The position numbers and the translations under genes were made by a program. From IMG/VR virus record IMGVR_UViG_3300015607_003969, positions 62,001-125,659 of that record: 63,659 nt of DNA; one strand, 5' to 3'. This document shows, piece by piece, positions 31,583 through 40,513 of the stretch. The stretch is from an uncultured virus (IMG/VR IMGVR_UViG_3300015607_003969) (Duplodnaviria > Heunggongvirae > Uroviricota > Caudoviricetes). The notes under the pieces were generated by a model that was not told where the DNA came from, did not search any database, and was given only the letters and a program-made list of their open reading frames with translations. The stretch's first letter is position 1, and the number at the start of each line of letters is the position of its first letter.

Positions 31583-31614
31583 GGGGGGCCTCGCGGTAGG
31601 TGGATTAACAGCAT
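31576..31614 (-). CDS. Putative leader/arrest peptide MLLIHLPRGPPL
   Basis: atg ctg TTA atc cac cta ccg cga ggc ccc cct ctg tag; RGPP motif; intergenic. Confidence 0.6.
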   Translation of the reverse strand: MLLIHLPRGPPL

Positions 31615-31628
31615 GGGGGTAAGGGTGC

Positions 31629-32243
31629 TCATGAATCCTCCACTGTCAAGCCGAGCTCCGACATCATGGCTCTGCCTTCTTCCGTACAGAAGAAGGCCCC
31701 CTGCACCAGGATCGTCTGGTTCGTAGGTTCAGCTAGCTGGTGCAGGAGGTACTTGCGGCGCAAAAACCTGGCGAGATGTGGCGGCTGATGGGGGAGGTCC
31801 CAGCGGGGGTTGTTTTGGTGGTAGAGCTGCGCGCGGCGCGTAGAGGGGCGCTTCGCAGCTTTGGGCATATCCAAGACGTCCACGTCTACGGTGTGAAACG
31901 TATCAAGGATGATCTCCTTCGTCACCTCGCCCCGGGTAAGAACGATCTTCCGACCCCTTAGCGGCAAGTGCGCGCTGAACCCGTAAAAGGGCAGCGTAAA
32001 GGGCCCGTCGCAAAGCACCACAGGTTCATACCGCGCGAGGGGCGTCACAACGTTGTGGTGCAGGTTCTCCCTGAACAGGTGGGCGATGTGTGCCAGAGCG
32101 TTCTGGGTGTCTATGTAGACACCGTGCACGGACACGATGAGAGGTTTGTTGCGGAACATCTGGAGTAGGTAGGCCTCCAGAAGCCGCTGCTTGTTAACGG
32201 AAGAAGCTCCTCGCACCTCCCCGTACAGTTTTGACAGATCCAT
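31629..32243 (-). CDS. Hypothetical protein
   Basis: 204-aa ORF with GAGG RBS. Confidence 0.62.
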   Translation of the reverse strand: MDLSKLYGEVRGASSVNKQRLLEAYLLQMFRNKPLIVSVHGVYIDTQNALAHIAHLFRENLHHNVVTPLARYEPVVLCDGPFTLPFYGFSAHLPLRGRKIVLTRGEVTKEIILDTFHTVDVDVLDMPKAAKRPSTRRAQLYHQNNPRWDLPHQPPHLARFLRRKYLLHQLAEPTNQTILVQGAFFCTEEGRAMMSELGLTVEDS

Positions 32244-32619
32244 GTTTCCTCGTGAGCACGCGGTAGGCGCGCAGAAAGTCGGGGGTCAGCCCCGAGTAGT
32301 AGCCGACGGGCTCGACGTCCGCGGCGGGCAGGTCGAAGGTCTCACCATCGGGGCTCTGCTTCACCGAGAGGGTCCCGCTGGTGTACCCGCACACGATGGC
32401 GACCACCTGGTTGGTGAAGAGAAAGTCCCCGTAGAGGCGGACGTAATCGTCTGGACAGCTGATCCTGACGAGACAGTTGGGCGGGAAGCGCTCCACCACA
32501 GCCTGAACTTCCGGCGAGAGACCCAGCCACCAGTCCCCGACCTGCTCCAGGTAGAGGTCGAGCTCCTTCTTGCAAAGCCAGGCGGCTACCCAACGCTGAT
32601 CGATGAGGATGTCCGACAT
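32194..32619 (-). CDS. Hypothetical protein
   Basis: MSDILIDQRW start in a TGATG overlap with the upstream gene. Confidence 0.62.
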   Translation of the reverse strand: MSDILIDQRWVAAWLCKKELDLYLEQVGDWWLGLSPEVQAVVERFPPNCLVRISCPDDYVRLYGDFLFTNQVVAIVCGYTSGTLSVKQSPDGETFDLPAADVEPVGYYSGLTPDFLRAYRVLTRKHGSVKTVRGGARSFFR

Positions 32620-32810
32620 CACACGCTCCCTTTCCAGAGCCCAAGGCGCTTCTCGTCCGCCTCCAAGCGAGCCAGCAAAGCGGCTCGCACAAAGGAGGCT
32701 AGCGAAGGGGGCTCCGGCAACCTGGACTGCGCTTGCAGGGCATGCAGCACTGCGTGGATGCGCTGGACAAGCTCTGGGTTGAGCCGGAACGACAACGGGC
32801 GCGAGGGCAT
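32619..32810 (-). CDS. Ribbon-helix-helix DNA-binding protein
   Basis: MPSRPLSFRLNPELVQRIHAV...SLASFVRAAL strand-helix-helix pattern. Confidence 0.65.
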   Translation of the reverse strand: MPSRPLSFRLNPELVQRIHAVLHALQAQSRLPEPPSLASFVRAALLARLEADEKRLGLWKGSV

Positions 32811-32833
32811 TACACCCGTATGACTTGAACGAC

Positions 32834-32852
32834 GAAGTACTGCAAGTACTTC
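32834..32852. promoter_or_regulatory. Operator-like palindrome
   Basis: gaagtact-gca-agtacttc in an AT-richer spacer upstream of the RHH gene. Confidence 0.55.
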
Positions 32853-32855
32853 TTG

Positions 32856-33110
32856 TAATACGCTGGAGAAGACGGTGTCGGAGTCGTCCACGTAAGGTGT
32901 GCTGGGGTCTGCCTTGATCGCACCCACCATCACCTGTAGTTTGTTGTGCGCTGCACTTGCGGCGTCCTTCGCCTCCGTCGATTGAGCGATGGCGGCCTGA
33001 AGGCGATCCTCGAAAGTGAGCGCCTCCGCCCCTCGGACGCGCTTTGCACGGCTGATCTGGGATAGCACGGAGGTAAGAACACCCCGCGCCTCGTCCCGTT
33101 GGTCCGCCAT
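32856..33110 (-). CDS. Hypothetical protein
   Basis: Ends at TTA 32856-32858; code 11 would fuse it to the RHH gene. Confidence 0.58.
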
Positions 33111-33120
33111 GGCAAAAACC

Positions 33121-33351
33121 TAACACCCGGTTTGTCTGCAAGGCAAGCTCCGCCTGAGCCAGGGCCTTGCGGGCCACAGCAGGGTCTGCGCCGGCTTCCA
33201 GCACGAGGATCAAGGCTTTCGCGGCACGGTAAGCGCCCAGCACCGACCGAAGCTCTGCGCGCAGCGCTTCGCGTGCAGCGTTCGACGCGGTGAGGAGCCG
33301 GGAGAGCTCCAGGACCGCCTTCTGTGCCTCCATGAGGGCGTCGTCTGACAT
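33121..33351 (-). CDS. Hypothetical helical protein
   Basis: GGAGGAG RBS; ends at TTA 33121-33123, 10 nt before the next ATG (code 11 gives a 385-aa chimera to 32194). Confidence 0.6.
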
Positions 33352-33642
33352 CTACAGCTCCTCCTCCAGCCAGGCGGCAGCAAGCAGGATCGCTTCCACC
33401 GCTCGAAGCTGGTTCAGGGTGTTGGCAAAGCGAGGTAGCTCCAGGAGGAGCTCGTCAGAGGTCTTGGCTTGCTCAAGGCGCCGCGACTCCTCCAGAACGG
33501 CGCGGACTAGGTAGTACATAGCCCGATGGGATCGAACCATGGCCCGAAGATCCCCGTTGTTCTTGATGAGGTTGGCCGCCAGCCATTTGACCTCCTCAGG
33601 TGTACGGGACGCAACATCACCATCTATGCTTGGTACGTTCAT
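33352..33642 (-). CDS. Hypothetical protein
   Basis: MNVPSIDG start; abuts the next gene. Confidence 0.55.
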   Translation of the reverse strand: MNVPSIDGDVASRTPEEVKWLAANLIKNNGDLRAMVRSHRAMYYLVRAVLEESRRLEQAKTSDELLLELPRFANTLNQLRAVEAILLAAAWLEEEL

Positions 33643-33649
33643 ACCCCAC

Positions 33650-36600
33650 TTATCCCAGGGAAGTCTTCGGGGTAGCCCCGACGGCACCAGATCCGCTTGG
33701 GGTCTGGGGGTGCTCCACATCCTCGAAGCTGTTTTCTGGGTCATCTCCGAAAGCCTGGTGACGCACCTCCGATCGGCCCCTCTGCGTCCTGTTGTCCACA
33801 GGAGTCTGCGTGCGGATGGCCTGGGAAAGGCTATCGGAGAGGTGACCGCTATAGCTCCGGCAAGGGTCCTGAAAGAAGGCGGTGAAGTCGCACTGCTCCA
33901 GCGAGTCCAATCCCTTATCAGCGCCTTGCTGTCGCAGGAGTCGGGTCAGCTTGTCCCATGCCGGAGTGGCCTTGACCCGATACACGGACAGCGTAGAGGC
34001 CACCGTTGCTAGCCAGGCGCTCAGTGTGTCTAGCTGCCCTAGAACCGTGAGAACCAGGGCCGGAGGGGTAGGCCCCTGGTGAGCCATGAGCCTTTGGAGC
34101 ACCTCATCGATGGCCCGCAGATCGAGCTGCGCGGAAAGCGCGGCACCTAGCCCCTGCTCCAGATCCTCCAGAAGCGCCGCCTTGTAGCTACGGACCCTGG
34201 CGAAAGGGGGGCTGCCCGAGGAAGGCCAGCTCTGGGGGTGCGCGAGCGGCGCATCCAGTCGTAGGTACGTATCCACGACTTGTCTCACCACCAGCTGGCT
34301 GCTGGGGGTTGAGTAACTGGTGGCGTAGATATCGAACAGGTCTCCCGGCTCCGGACGCCGAACAGTCGGGGCCTGGATCCAGGTTGTCTTTTGCGCCAGC
34401 TCAAGCTCTGCGCCGAACAGCAGGACTGCCCCAGCACCGCCCAGGGTCAAGGTCTTATCCGCGCCTGCTGTAAGCCTGACAGCCTCAGCGCCGAGGGTGG
34501 CTTCTCCCGTCAGGCCCGCAGCCGGCGGCGGAGACACCCTTGCCTCCAGCAAGCTTGTTATCGCGTCCACCGTGTAGGCCCCAAACAAGGCCCCCGTAAC
34601 ACGGGCTCTGCTGCCCACAAGAAGGCCAGGATCTGCCCCGCCCCAGTACCGGATAGAGGGTGCAGGGTCCCGACTAACGCCGCTGGTGGCTTCGAAGTAG
34701 CCCGAGCTCTTGGAGCTTATCGTCCAGAGCGAGCCGTCTTCGAGAAGGACCTTGTCACCCACGGACAGGGTCGTCGCAACCCCTAGCCTGATGGTGTGGG
34801 CGGCCGGAGCAGTCAGAGCTGCCTCGCCAGTCTCCGTGTAAAAGACGAGTGTCGAACCCGCGCGGCCTTGTACAGACCTGGTGACCGTGGATCCACTGAA
34901 CACACAGGAAGGCACGGCATCTACCAGGAGCTCTTTGAGCTTGGTTGTCATGTCCGCCGCCGAGAGGCCCCTCCCTGACGACTCGGTGTCGATCAACCAC
35001 CCGAAGTACGACGCCAGCCCGGAGGCGGGGAGCTTCACGGTAGCAGAGCTGGATCCCGCTGCGACGTACCGGAGCACCAGGTACTTGGACCCCGCCGCAC
35101 CGGCCGACGTGACGGCCCACCCAGACCCCAGAGAGGTTGCGAGCATGGAAGCGAGGGTGCTCCCGCTATACACACCGGCGGGCAGGGTAACCGTCGGCAG
35201 TGGCGACCCGTTCAGGGTCACGTCCAGCTCCAGATTGCTGTCGACACCCACCGAAGTTGTCCCGGTGGTGAACCCGAGCACCGCATTGGCCGTCCCGCTA
35301 CCCATGCGAAGTTCGTAACCAGACCCCTCCGAGGAGGCGATCTTCACCCTGCCGGAGTCACTGAAGAGGCCGTACCGCGGAGCGCCTTGCCCCAGAGCAT
35401 CAATCGCATCCTGCACCTCGGTGAGGATGCTGTGAGTAGTTCGAGAACCCGCTGCGAGCTTCACCTGCACTTGCAGCAGCTGACCAGATTGATCCCGCAG
35501 GAAGAACAGGAGCAGGTCATTGGTATCCAGCGTGATCGTAAAGGGGCCAGCGACGCTGCCCAAGATCACGGCCGGCTGTTTATCCTGAACGACGAAACCC
35601 CCCGCAGGGGTGAGGCCGAGCGGAGTGTTGGCCGTGCCAGAGCCCATCAGGAGCGTAGCCCCCCCTGCGGCCGCGAAGTGGACAGCAAGGCCGGACACTG
35701 TCGCGGTAAAGGTAGCTCCGACCCCTAGGTCGTCCCAATAGCTCTGCACTTCAGCGGCCACCTGGGCGGCTGTGCGCGATCCCGTGGTTAGGAGCAGCCC
35801 TCCGTCCACCACGCCACCGTCCACCTTCTTAAGGTAAATCTGTAGCTCTCTCGTGCCGCTAGCGATCGTGAACGGCCCGTTCCCGGTGTTGATGGTGCTC
35901 GACGCCCCGTAGATCTCGAACCTGGTACCCGTGAAGAGGGGCGCTGAGCTGGTAGGCAGGTAGATGGATCGTTCAGGCCCAGTGCCCAGCTGTGTGGTGA
36001 GGGGGAGGAGAGCGTTAACCTCGTAAGGGCCTGGGAGGCCATCGGCCTGTGCCCGCTCGCCAGAGTGCTCCGAATCGATGACTGTGGCTGCGGCACCTGA
36101 GGAGAGGACGGAGGTAGCCTCCGGCAGGCTGGCAACCGCCCGGAGAGCCGCTCGTGCGGCCACCAAAGCGAGGCAGTCCTCCCGCAGGGTCCCGAGACGC
36201 TCGGTGGGAGTCTGGTCCAGAAGTTTAGCTTGCAGTGAGGCCAAGGATCGCCTGACCGCGGCCACGGTCAGGGAGCTGGCCGCCGAGGGTAGGCTAGCCG
36301 CTGACAGGCTCTCGCTGGCCAAGGAGAGCTTCCCAGCCCTGGAGTAGACATCGAGCACCTTGGCTTGCAGGCTGAACCAAAGCTCGGCTATCTGCCTCTT
36401 TGATTCAAGGGGTGCTGGGGACACGGTCCCGTTGTTCGTCAAGGAGGACAAGTGTCGCCGCAGGTGCGTGGCGCTCTGGGTGTTGAACTGCCTGTAGGCA
36501 TCAGACTCGTGTAGAGCCCGGTGCTGTGTACCGACGGTGTCCAACGCGGTGATCGCGCTAGTTGCCGCTGAGAGGGGTGCCAGGTCCGTAACAGGGGCCA

Positions 36601-36871
36601 CGATCTTCATCGTGGCGCGCACAAGCGCGCGGATCGAGGCGACCGTCTCCGTACAACCAACAAGCTCGGCGCTCAGCAGCCCGACAGCCGTAGCTGCGGC
36701 GCTGTAGATCAGGCCTGGATCAGCGAGAAAGGCGTTGACCGCTGCCCTGCGAACGGCCTCAGACTTCCGATCCGTCTGCACCACACCAAGGTTGTCGCGC
36801 GGCACTGCCGTGGACGTAAGGAGTGTGGAGATCCTGGCCTGTAGCTCGTCGTCCGTGAACCAGTTAGACAT
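33650..36871 (-). CDS. Large putative virion structural protein
   Basis: 1073 aa; repeated GPFTI...L..GSRT...MGSGTAN.LG modules like those in the J-like protein. Confidence 0.7.
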   Translation of the reverse strand: MSNWFTDDELQARISTLLTSTAVPRDNLGVVQTDRKSEAVRRAAVNAFLADPGLIYSAAATAVGLLSAELVGCTETVASIRALVRATMKIVAPVTDLAPLSAATSAITALDTVGTQHRALHESDAYRQFNTQSATHLRRHLSSLTNNGTVSPAPLESKRQIAELWFSLQAKVLDVYSRAGKLSLASESLSAASLPSAASSLTVAAVRRSLASLQAKLLDQTPTERLGTLREDCLALVAARAALRAVASLPEATSVLSSGAAATVIDSEHSGERAQADGLPGPYEVNALLPLTTQLGTGPERSIYLPTSSAPLFTGTRFEIYGASSTINTGNGPFTIASGTRELQIYLKKVDGGVVDGGLLLTTGSRTAAQVAAEVQSYWDDLGVGATFTATVSGLAVHFAAAGGATLLMGSGTANTPLGLTPAGGFVVQDKQPAVILGSVAGPFTITLDTNDLLLFFLRDQSGQLLQVQVKLAAGSRTTHSILTEVQDAIDALGQGAPRYGLFSDSGRVKIASSEGSGYELRMGSGTANAVLGFTTGTTSVGVDSNLELDVTLNGSPLPTVTLPAGVYSGSTLASMLATSLGSGWAVTSAGAAGSKYLVLRYVAAGSSSATVKLPASGLASYFGWLIDTESSGRGLSAADMTTKLKELLVDAVPSCVFSGSTVTRSVQGRAGSTLVFYTETGEAALTAPAAHTIRLGVATTLSVGDKVLLEDGSLWTISSKSSGYFEATSGVSRDPAPSIRYWGGADPGLLVGSRARVTGALFGAYTVDAITSLLEARVSPPPAAGLTGEATLGAEAVRLTAGADKTLTLGGAGAVLLFGAELELAQKTTWIQAPTVRRPEPGDLFDIYATSYSTPSSQLVVRQVVDTYLRLDAPLAHPQSWPSSGSPPFARVRSYKAALLEDLEQGLGAALSAQLDLRAIDEVLQRLMAHQGPTPPALVLTVLGQLDTLSAWLATVASTLSVYRVKATPAWDKLTRLLRQQGADKGLDSLEQCDFTAFFQDPCRSYSGHLSDSLSQAIRTQTPVDNRTQRGRSEVRHQAFGDDPENSFEDVEHPQTPSGSGAVGATPKTSLG

Positions 36872-37253
36872 CCTTGGGCACCTTCCTGGAGTCCGCCTGC
36901 CTGCCCAGGTTCTTCACCTTTTCCGCCGTCATGGACTCGGCCCACCTACGCAGCTTCCCTGCGTCCAGGTTGAGGGCGTCACACATGGTCGTGAACGCAA
37001 AGGCTCCCCTACCCTCGCTTTGGCGTATTTTCCAGGTCCAGTGCCCGGGCTGCTCCATGAAGATCCACATATAGGCCTCTGCCGCTACTTTTCTTCGGGC
37101 CAAGGATCCTGCGGTCCGGTAGGTGACCCAGTCCCGCACAGCCCTCCAAAAGATGGCGATGAACAGGGCGCGCCAGGCCTCATCTTCCATGGAGCCCGCT
37201 GGGACGATGCTCTCCGACAGAATCAGGTCTAGCTGCGCCTTGGGGATCTCCAT
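36864..37253 (-). CDS. Hypothetical phage protein (helical)
   Basis: RALFIAIFWRAVRD...AYMWIF...FTTMCDALNLD. Confidence 0.68.
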   Translation of the reverse strand: MEIPKAQLDLILSESIVPAGSMEDEAWRALFIAIFWRAVRDWVTYRTAGSLARRKVAAEAYMWIFMEQPGHWTWKIRQSEGRGAFAFTTMCDALNLDAGKLRRWAESMTAEKVKNLGRQADSRKVPKDV

Positions 37254-38119
37254 AAGACCACGCTCACGGAGAAGCTTGAGTTCGTAAGTTCAGGGCTAGG
37301 GCTACGGTAGGTCGAAGACCTTACCCTGGTAGCTGTGATGGTGACGGTGCCCGGTGCTTTGGCGTACAGCTCCAGGCGCCGAGTACTGCCGGTAACTGTC
37401 ACCAGATTTTGGTCCGAGGACGACCATTCCACGAACTCCGTATCGTCGTCGATCCTGTCCACGTAGTCACTCCAGGACGGGTTCAGGTCGAAAGCCGTGG
37501 TGGACCCTACGGCCAGGGGGCCGGGTGGGGTGTACGTGAACGATTTAACGTAGGGGTAGAGCAGGTCCAGCAGGTTGATGTTGTCGACCTCGGGGATGCG
37601 CACCGTTTTACTGCTGTCTGAGGTGGGGCCCATCTCCACGCGCACCTTGGAGTTCTTGAGCAGCGGAGCCTGCATGTAGCCGTTGTCGTCTGTAACGTAG
37701 TAAGCGCTAGCCCCGATGACGGGCTCCTTGCCAGCCACTCCGGCATCAGATCCGGGGCGAAACGTAACCGTACAATCCGCCCAAGCCTGGCCGTCAGGCT
37801 TCGCGACACGAAGCCACACCATGCATCTCCGTGGATCCAGCGCTGTAGGCGGGGTCCAAAGGACGACAGGAAGCGTGTACTGCGTCGGCGCATCGTCCAA
37901 GGAGATGATGGTGAGGGGGCGAGTTCGAGCATAGGGGTGCTGCACTCGAATATCCACATCCACACCCCCCGGGAGCAAGGTGTACACCTTGCCCTGGCTA
38001 TCAGTGACACCCCGACAATACACCGTGTGGAGCGAGGTGTCGAAGACCGCCAGGGCGGCCCCAACCACGGGGGCTTCGTTCTGATCCTCCACCAGGAACG
38101 TGATGGGCTGGGTGGACAT
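37253..38119 (-). CDS. Ig-like domain structural protein
   Basis: GVTDSQGK, TDDNGY, EWSSSDQNLVTV...PGTVTITAT; ends at TTA 37253-37255 as TTATG (code-11 end 37229). Confidence 0.72.
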
Positions 38120-39063
38120 AACAAGGACCTCTTGGTGTAAAGACCTTCGGGGGCGGCTTGGACTTGAAACGCGTCCTCCTCGGAAGCGTAAGCGAGGTCT
38201 GAAAAGTTAATCCGGTCGGGGGACTCCTGGGGGATGCTGACGGCCAACACCCTCTTACTCCCGCTGACCACCACCTGGTACTTGCAACCGCGCTTACACC
38301 TGAACCTGGCCCTGCCCCCGCTATCCGTAAGTTGCCTGTCCACATCGTTGCCCACAAAAACGGAGGACAGACCACCGGCTTGACCATCCGCCAGCATAAG
38401 CAAGACAGCCCTGTTTGCGATGGGCCTACCACCGCTATCCACGATGTCCAGGTACCCTTCCACCGTAGCGGAGGGGAGGTCGGTGCTTGCAAAGGGCCCT
38501 ACGCTATCGCTGTATTCCCCGGTAGCGCTGTTGTAGAGCGCATAGAGGTACCTGCGACGATCCAGGTAGTCCGGATCGTCAAAGGTGTACCTCTCCTGCA
38601 AGGGGGACAGGGCCATATGTCCATCACGGCCCCTGGAGGCGGAGCCCGCGATACCCAGGATGGAAGCTGCGGTGGAGTTCATCGCAGAGATGCTTGCACC
38701 AGAGCCCACCATCCTCGTCTGCAAGAAGAGCTGACCCCCGAAGACGAAACCATCCACCCAGGGGCTGCTGGCCTTGATCTGATCGAGGGCCTGTCGGAGG
38801 GTAGGTCGCGGCCCGGCCGAGAACGTCACGCTAACGGCCGCCCCATCGACCACCAGATCCAGCGCCAGGCCTGGCACAGCCACTTGTGGGCCTGTCTCAG
38901 CGACCGTCGGAATGGGCGCTTGGAAGGGGATACAGGCAGGGCTAGGTGATGGACTCGATAGCAGGGTTTGGAAGTCGGGCGCGGTCCTGAAAACGGCCAC
39001 CCGATCAAACGCCCCCCGACCCTCGATCGGGACTAGAAAAGAGACAGTGCGCCTGACAGCCAT
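38119..39063 (-). CDS. Putative structural protein (Ig/prealbumin-like C-terminal domain)
   Basis: LTDSGGRARF; ends at TTA 38119-38121 as TTATG (code 11 would overlap the next gene by about 610 nt). Confidence 0.68.
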
Positions 39064-39095
39064 GCTGTCAGGGTAGCCCCTTCCCCAGGCACTCC

Positions 39096-39308
39096 TCAAC
39101 GAGGGAGTGCCTCAAGCACGTCTTTCTCCTCGATGTGCCATTTTTTTGTCCGCACACAGGCATTCCACCAGGACATCAGGTCTTCAGCAGGATCCGGGCC
39201 TGGCCCCAGGTCTTCTCGGATGTGCCGCTCAACGAAAGACTTGGCCAGCGCCTGAGTAAGGAAGACGTACGTGTCCTCCCCCTCTTGGTGCACCAGGTAC
39301 ACTTTCAC
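39096..39308 (-). CDS. Hypothetical protein
   Basis: GTG with GGAGG RBS; 70 aa. Confidence 0.6.
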   Translation of the reverse strand: MKVYLVHQEGEDTYVFLTQALAKSFVERHIREDLGPGPDPAEDLMSWWNACVRTKKWHIEEKDVLEALPR

Positions 39309-39310
39309 GT

Positions 39311-39553
39311 TTAGCCTCCCAGAATCTCGGCCAGGTCCTCCTTGGCCGAGGATACCGCGTTGCTCACCAGGGCGTCCGAGTTAGCCGAGACCCCGCGACC
39401 GGTGAGGATTCGCTTGATCTCGGCCACCCTCTCGTCCTCCCTCTGTTCGATCTTGTCCAGCCACTCCTTACTGGTCGTTAGGAGCGCATCGAGGTCACTC
39501 GTAGGCGTCCCAGTCGTAGGGGAGAGCGAGGAACTCGCTGTTATCACGGGCAT
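39311..39553 (-). CDS. Hypothetical protein
   Basis: MPVITASS start, helical; fills the gap in the operon. Confidence 0.5.
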   Translation of the reverse strand: MPVITASSSLSPTTGTPTSDLDALLTTSKEWLDKIEQREDERVAEIKRILTGRGVSANSDALVSNAVSSAKEDLAEILGG

Positions 39554-40187
39554 TGCCCAGGAACTCTGCCAGACGGGGGTGGATGCGCAACCCGCTCGGG
39601 AGGGCGAGCCTTCGAGCAGCATCCGGATCCACGGGCGGGTTTTTGGAGAGCCCCTTGCCGATCCTTTGCAAGACTCGCAGCTCCCGTTCACTGGCGATCT
39701 GCCATCGCCCTGCCTGCACCGCCCGCCATCGGGCTTGGACGCTCATATCCTTGCAAAGCACTTCAGCCACAGGCTTTCGCGCCGCTCGCTCGGATTGCAG
39801 ACGCGTGATCACCTTGAACCACGAAGCAACAGCGTCCCGAGTCCCCGGTTCCGTGCGCTCCAGCAGGCTTTCGAGGGTGGGCACCTGGCGCAGGTACTCC
39901 TGGAACTTCGTCGGCATGACGAGATGCACGTAGTAGAGCGCGTACCCGAAGCAGCCCCTATCCGTGTTGTATCTCGCCTCAGCATCCTCGCGTGCGGAAG
40001 CCAGACCTATCCGACCTTCGTGGACGAGGGCGGCAGCGGTCTCGGAAGCCCCGTGGCTCATAAACTTTATCGTCCCATTCTCCTTGAAGAGGACGGCGTG
40101 TTTGTATCCGTGCGTCCGCTTGGTGCAGCGTACGTACGCGGCCACGTTGTGGAAGGAATGGCGTGTCTCTCGGTCTCCTCGATTCAT
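39495..40187 (-). CDS. Hypothetical protein
   Basis: 230-aa ORF coupled to the upstream stop. Confidence 0.62.
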   Translation of the reverse strand: MNRGDRETRHSFHNVAAYVRCTKRTHGYKHAVLFKENGTIKFMSHGASETAAALVHEGRIGLASAREDAEARYNTDRGCFGYALYYVHLVMPTKFQEYLRQVPTLESLLERTEPGTRDAVASWFKVITRLQSERAARKPVAEVLCKDMSVQARWRAVQAGRWQIASERELRVLQRIGKGLSKNPPVDPDAARRLALPSGLRIHPRLAEFLGNARDNSEFLALPYDWDAYE

Positions 40188-40513
40188 CTATTTCCCATAA
40201 AGGTGTAGGCCAAGGCATCTGAAAGCAGATGCGGGCACCACCTGTAAATCAACGGCCTTGTTCCAGAAAACAGGCGAAATGCGCGGGGGTAGGAAGGCAG
40301 TGTGTCCGCGCTGCCCGCGCACAGCAGCTCGTACTCCACCCAGAAGAACTCCTTAACTGCCTCGGCCTCCCACTTAGCAGCGCAGGGGACAACCAGCGCG
40401 TACTCGAAGCGTGCACAGGCCGTATACCCCCAGGCATAGAAGGGGTGGCCCGCTTCGAGTACGCAGCTGGCATTTTCAGGGTGCGGTGCCTGACACAGGG
40501 GGCACGTCTGCAT
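40184..40513 (-). CDS. Hypothetical Cys-rich protein
   Basis: MQTCPLC...; 109 aa. Confidence 0.55.
   Translation of the reverse strand: MQTCPLCQAPHPENASCVLEAGHPFYAWGYTACARFEYALVVPCAAKWEAEAVKEFFWVEYELLCAGSADTLPSYPRAFRLFSGTRPLIYRWCPHLLSDALAYTFMGNR

Noticed and set aside
32194..33351. 385-aa ORF overlapping other genes in a second frame
   Set aside because: Chimera of two genes joined through TTA 33121; the middle is off-frame, Arg/Gly-rich sequence.
37507..38118. Dual-coding 610-nt overlap or programmed frameshift
   Set aside because: Explained by the TTATG stop/start at 38119; the extension is off-frame and I saw no slippery site.
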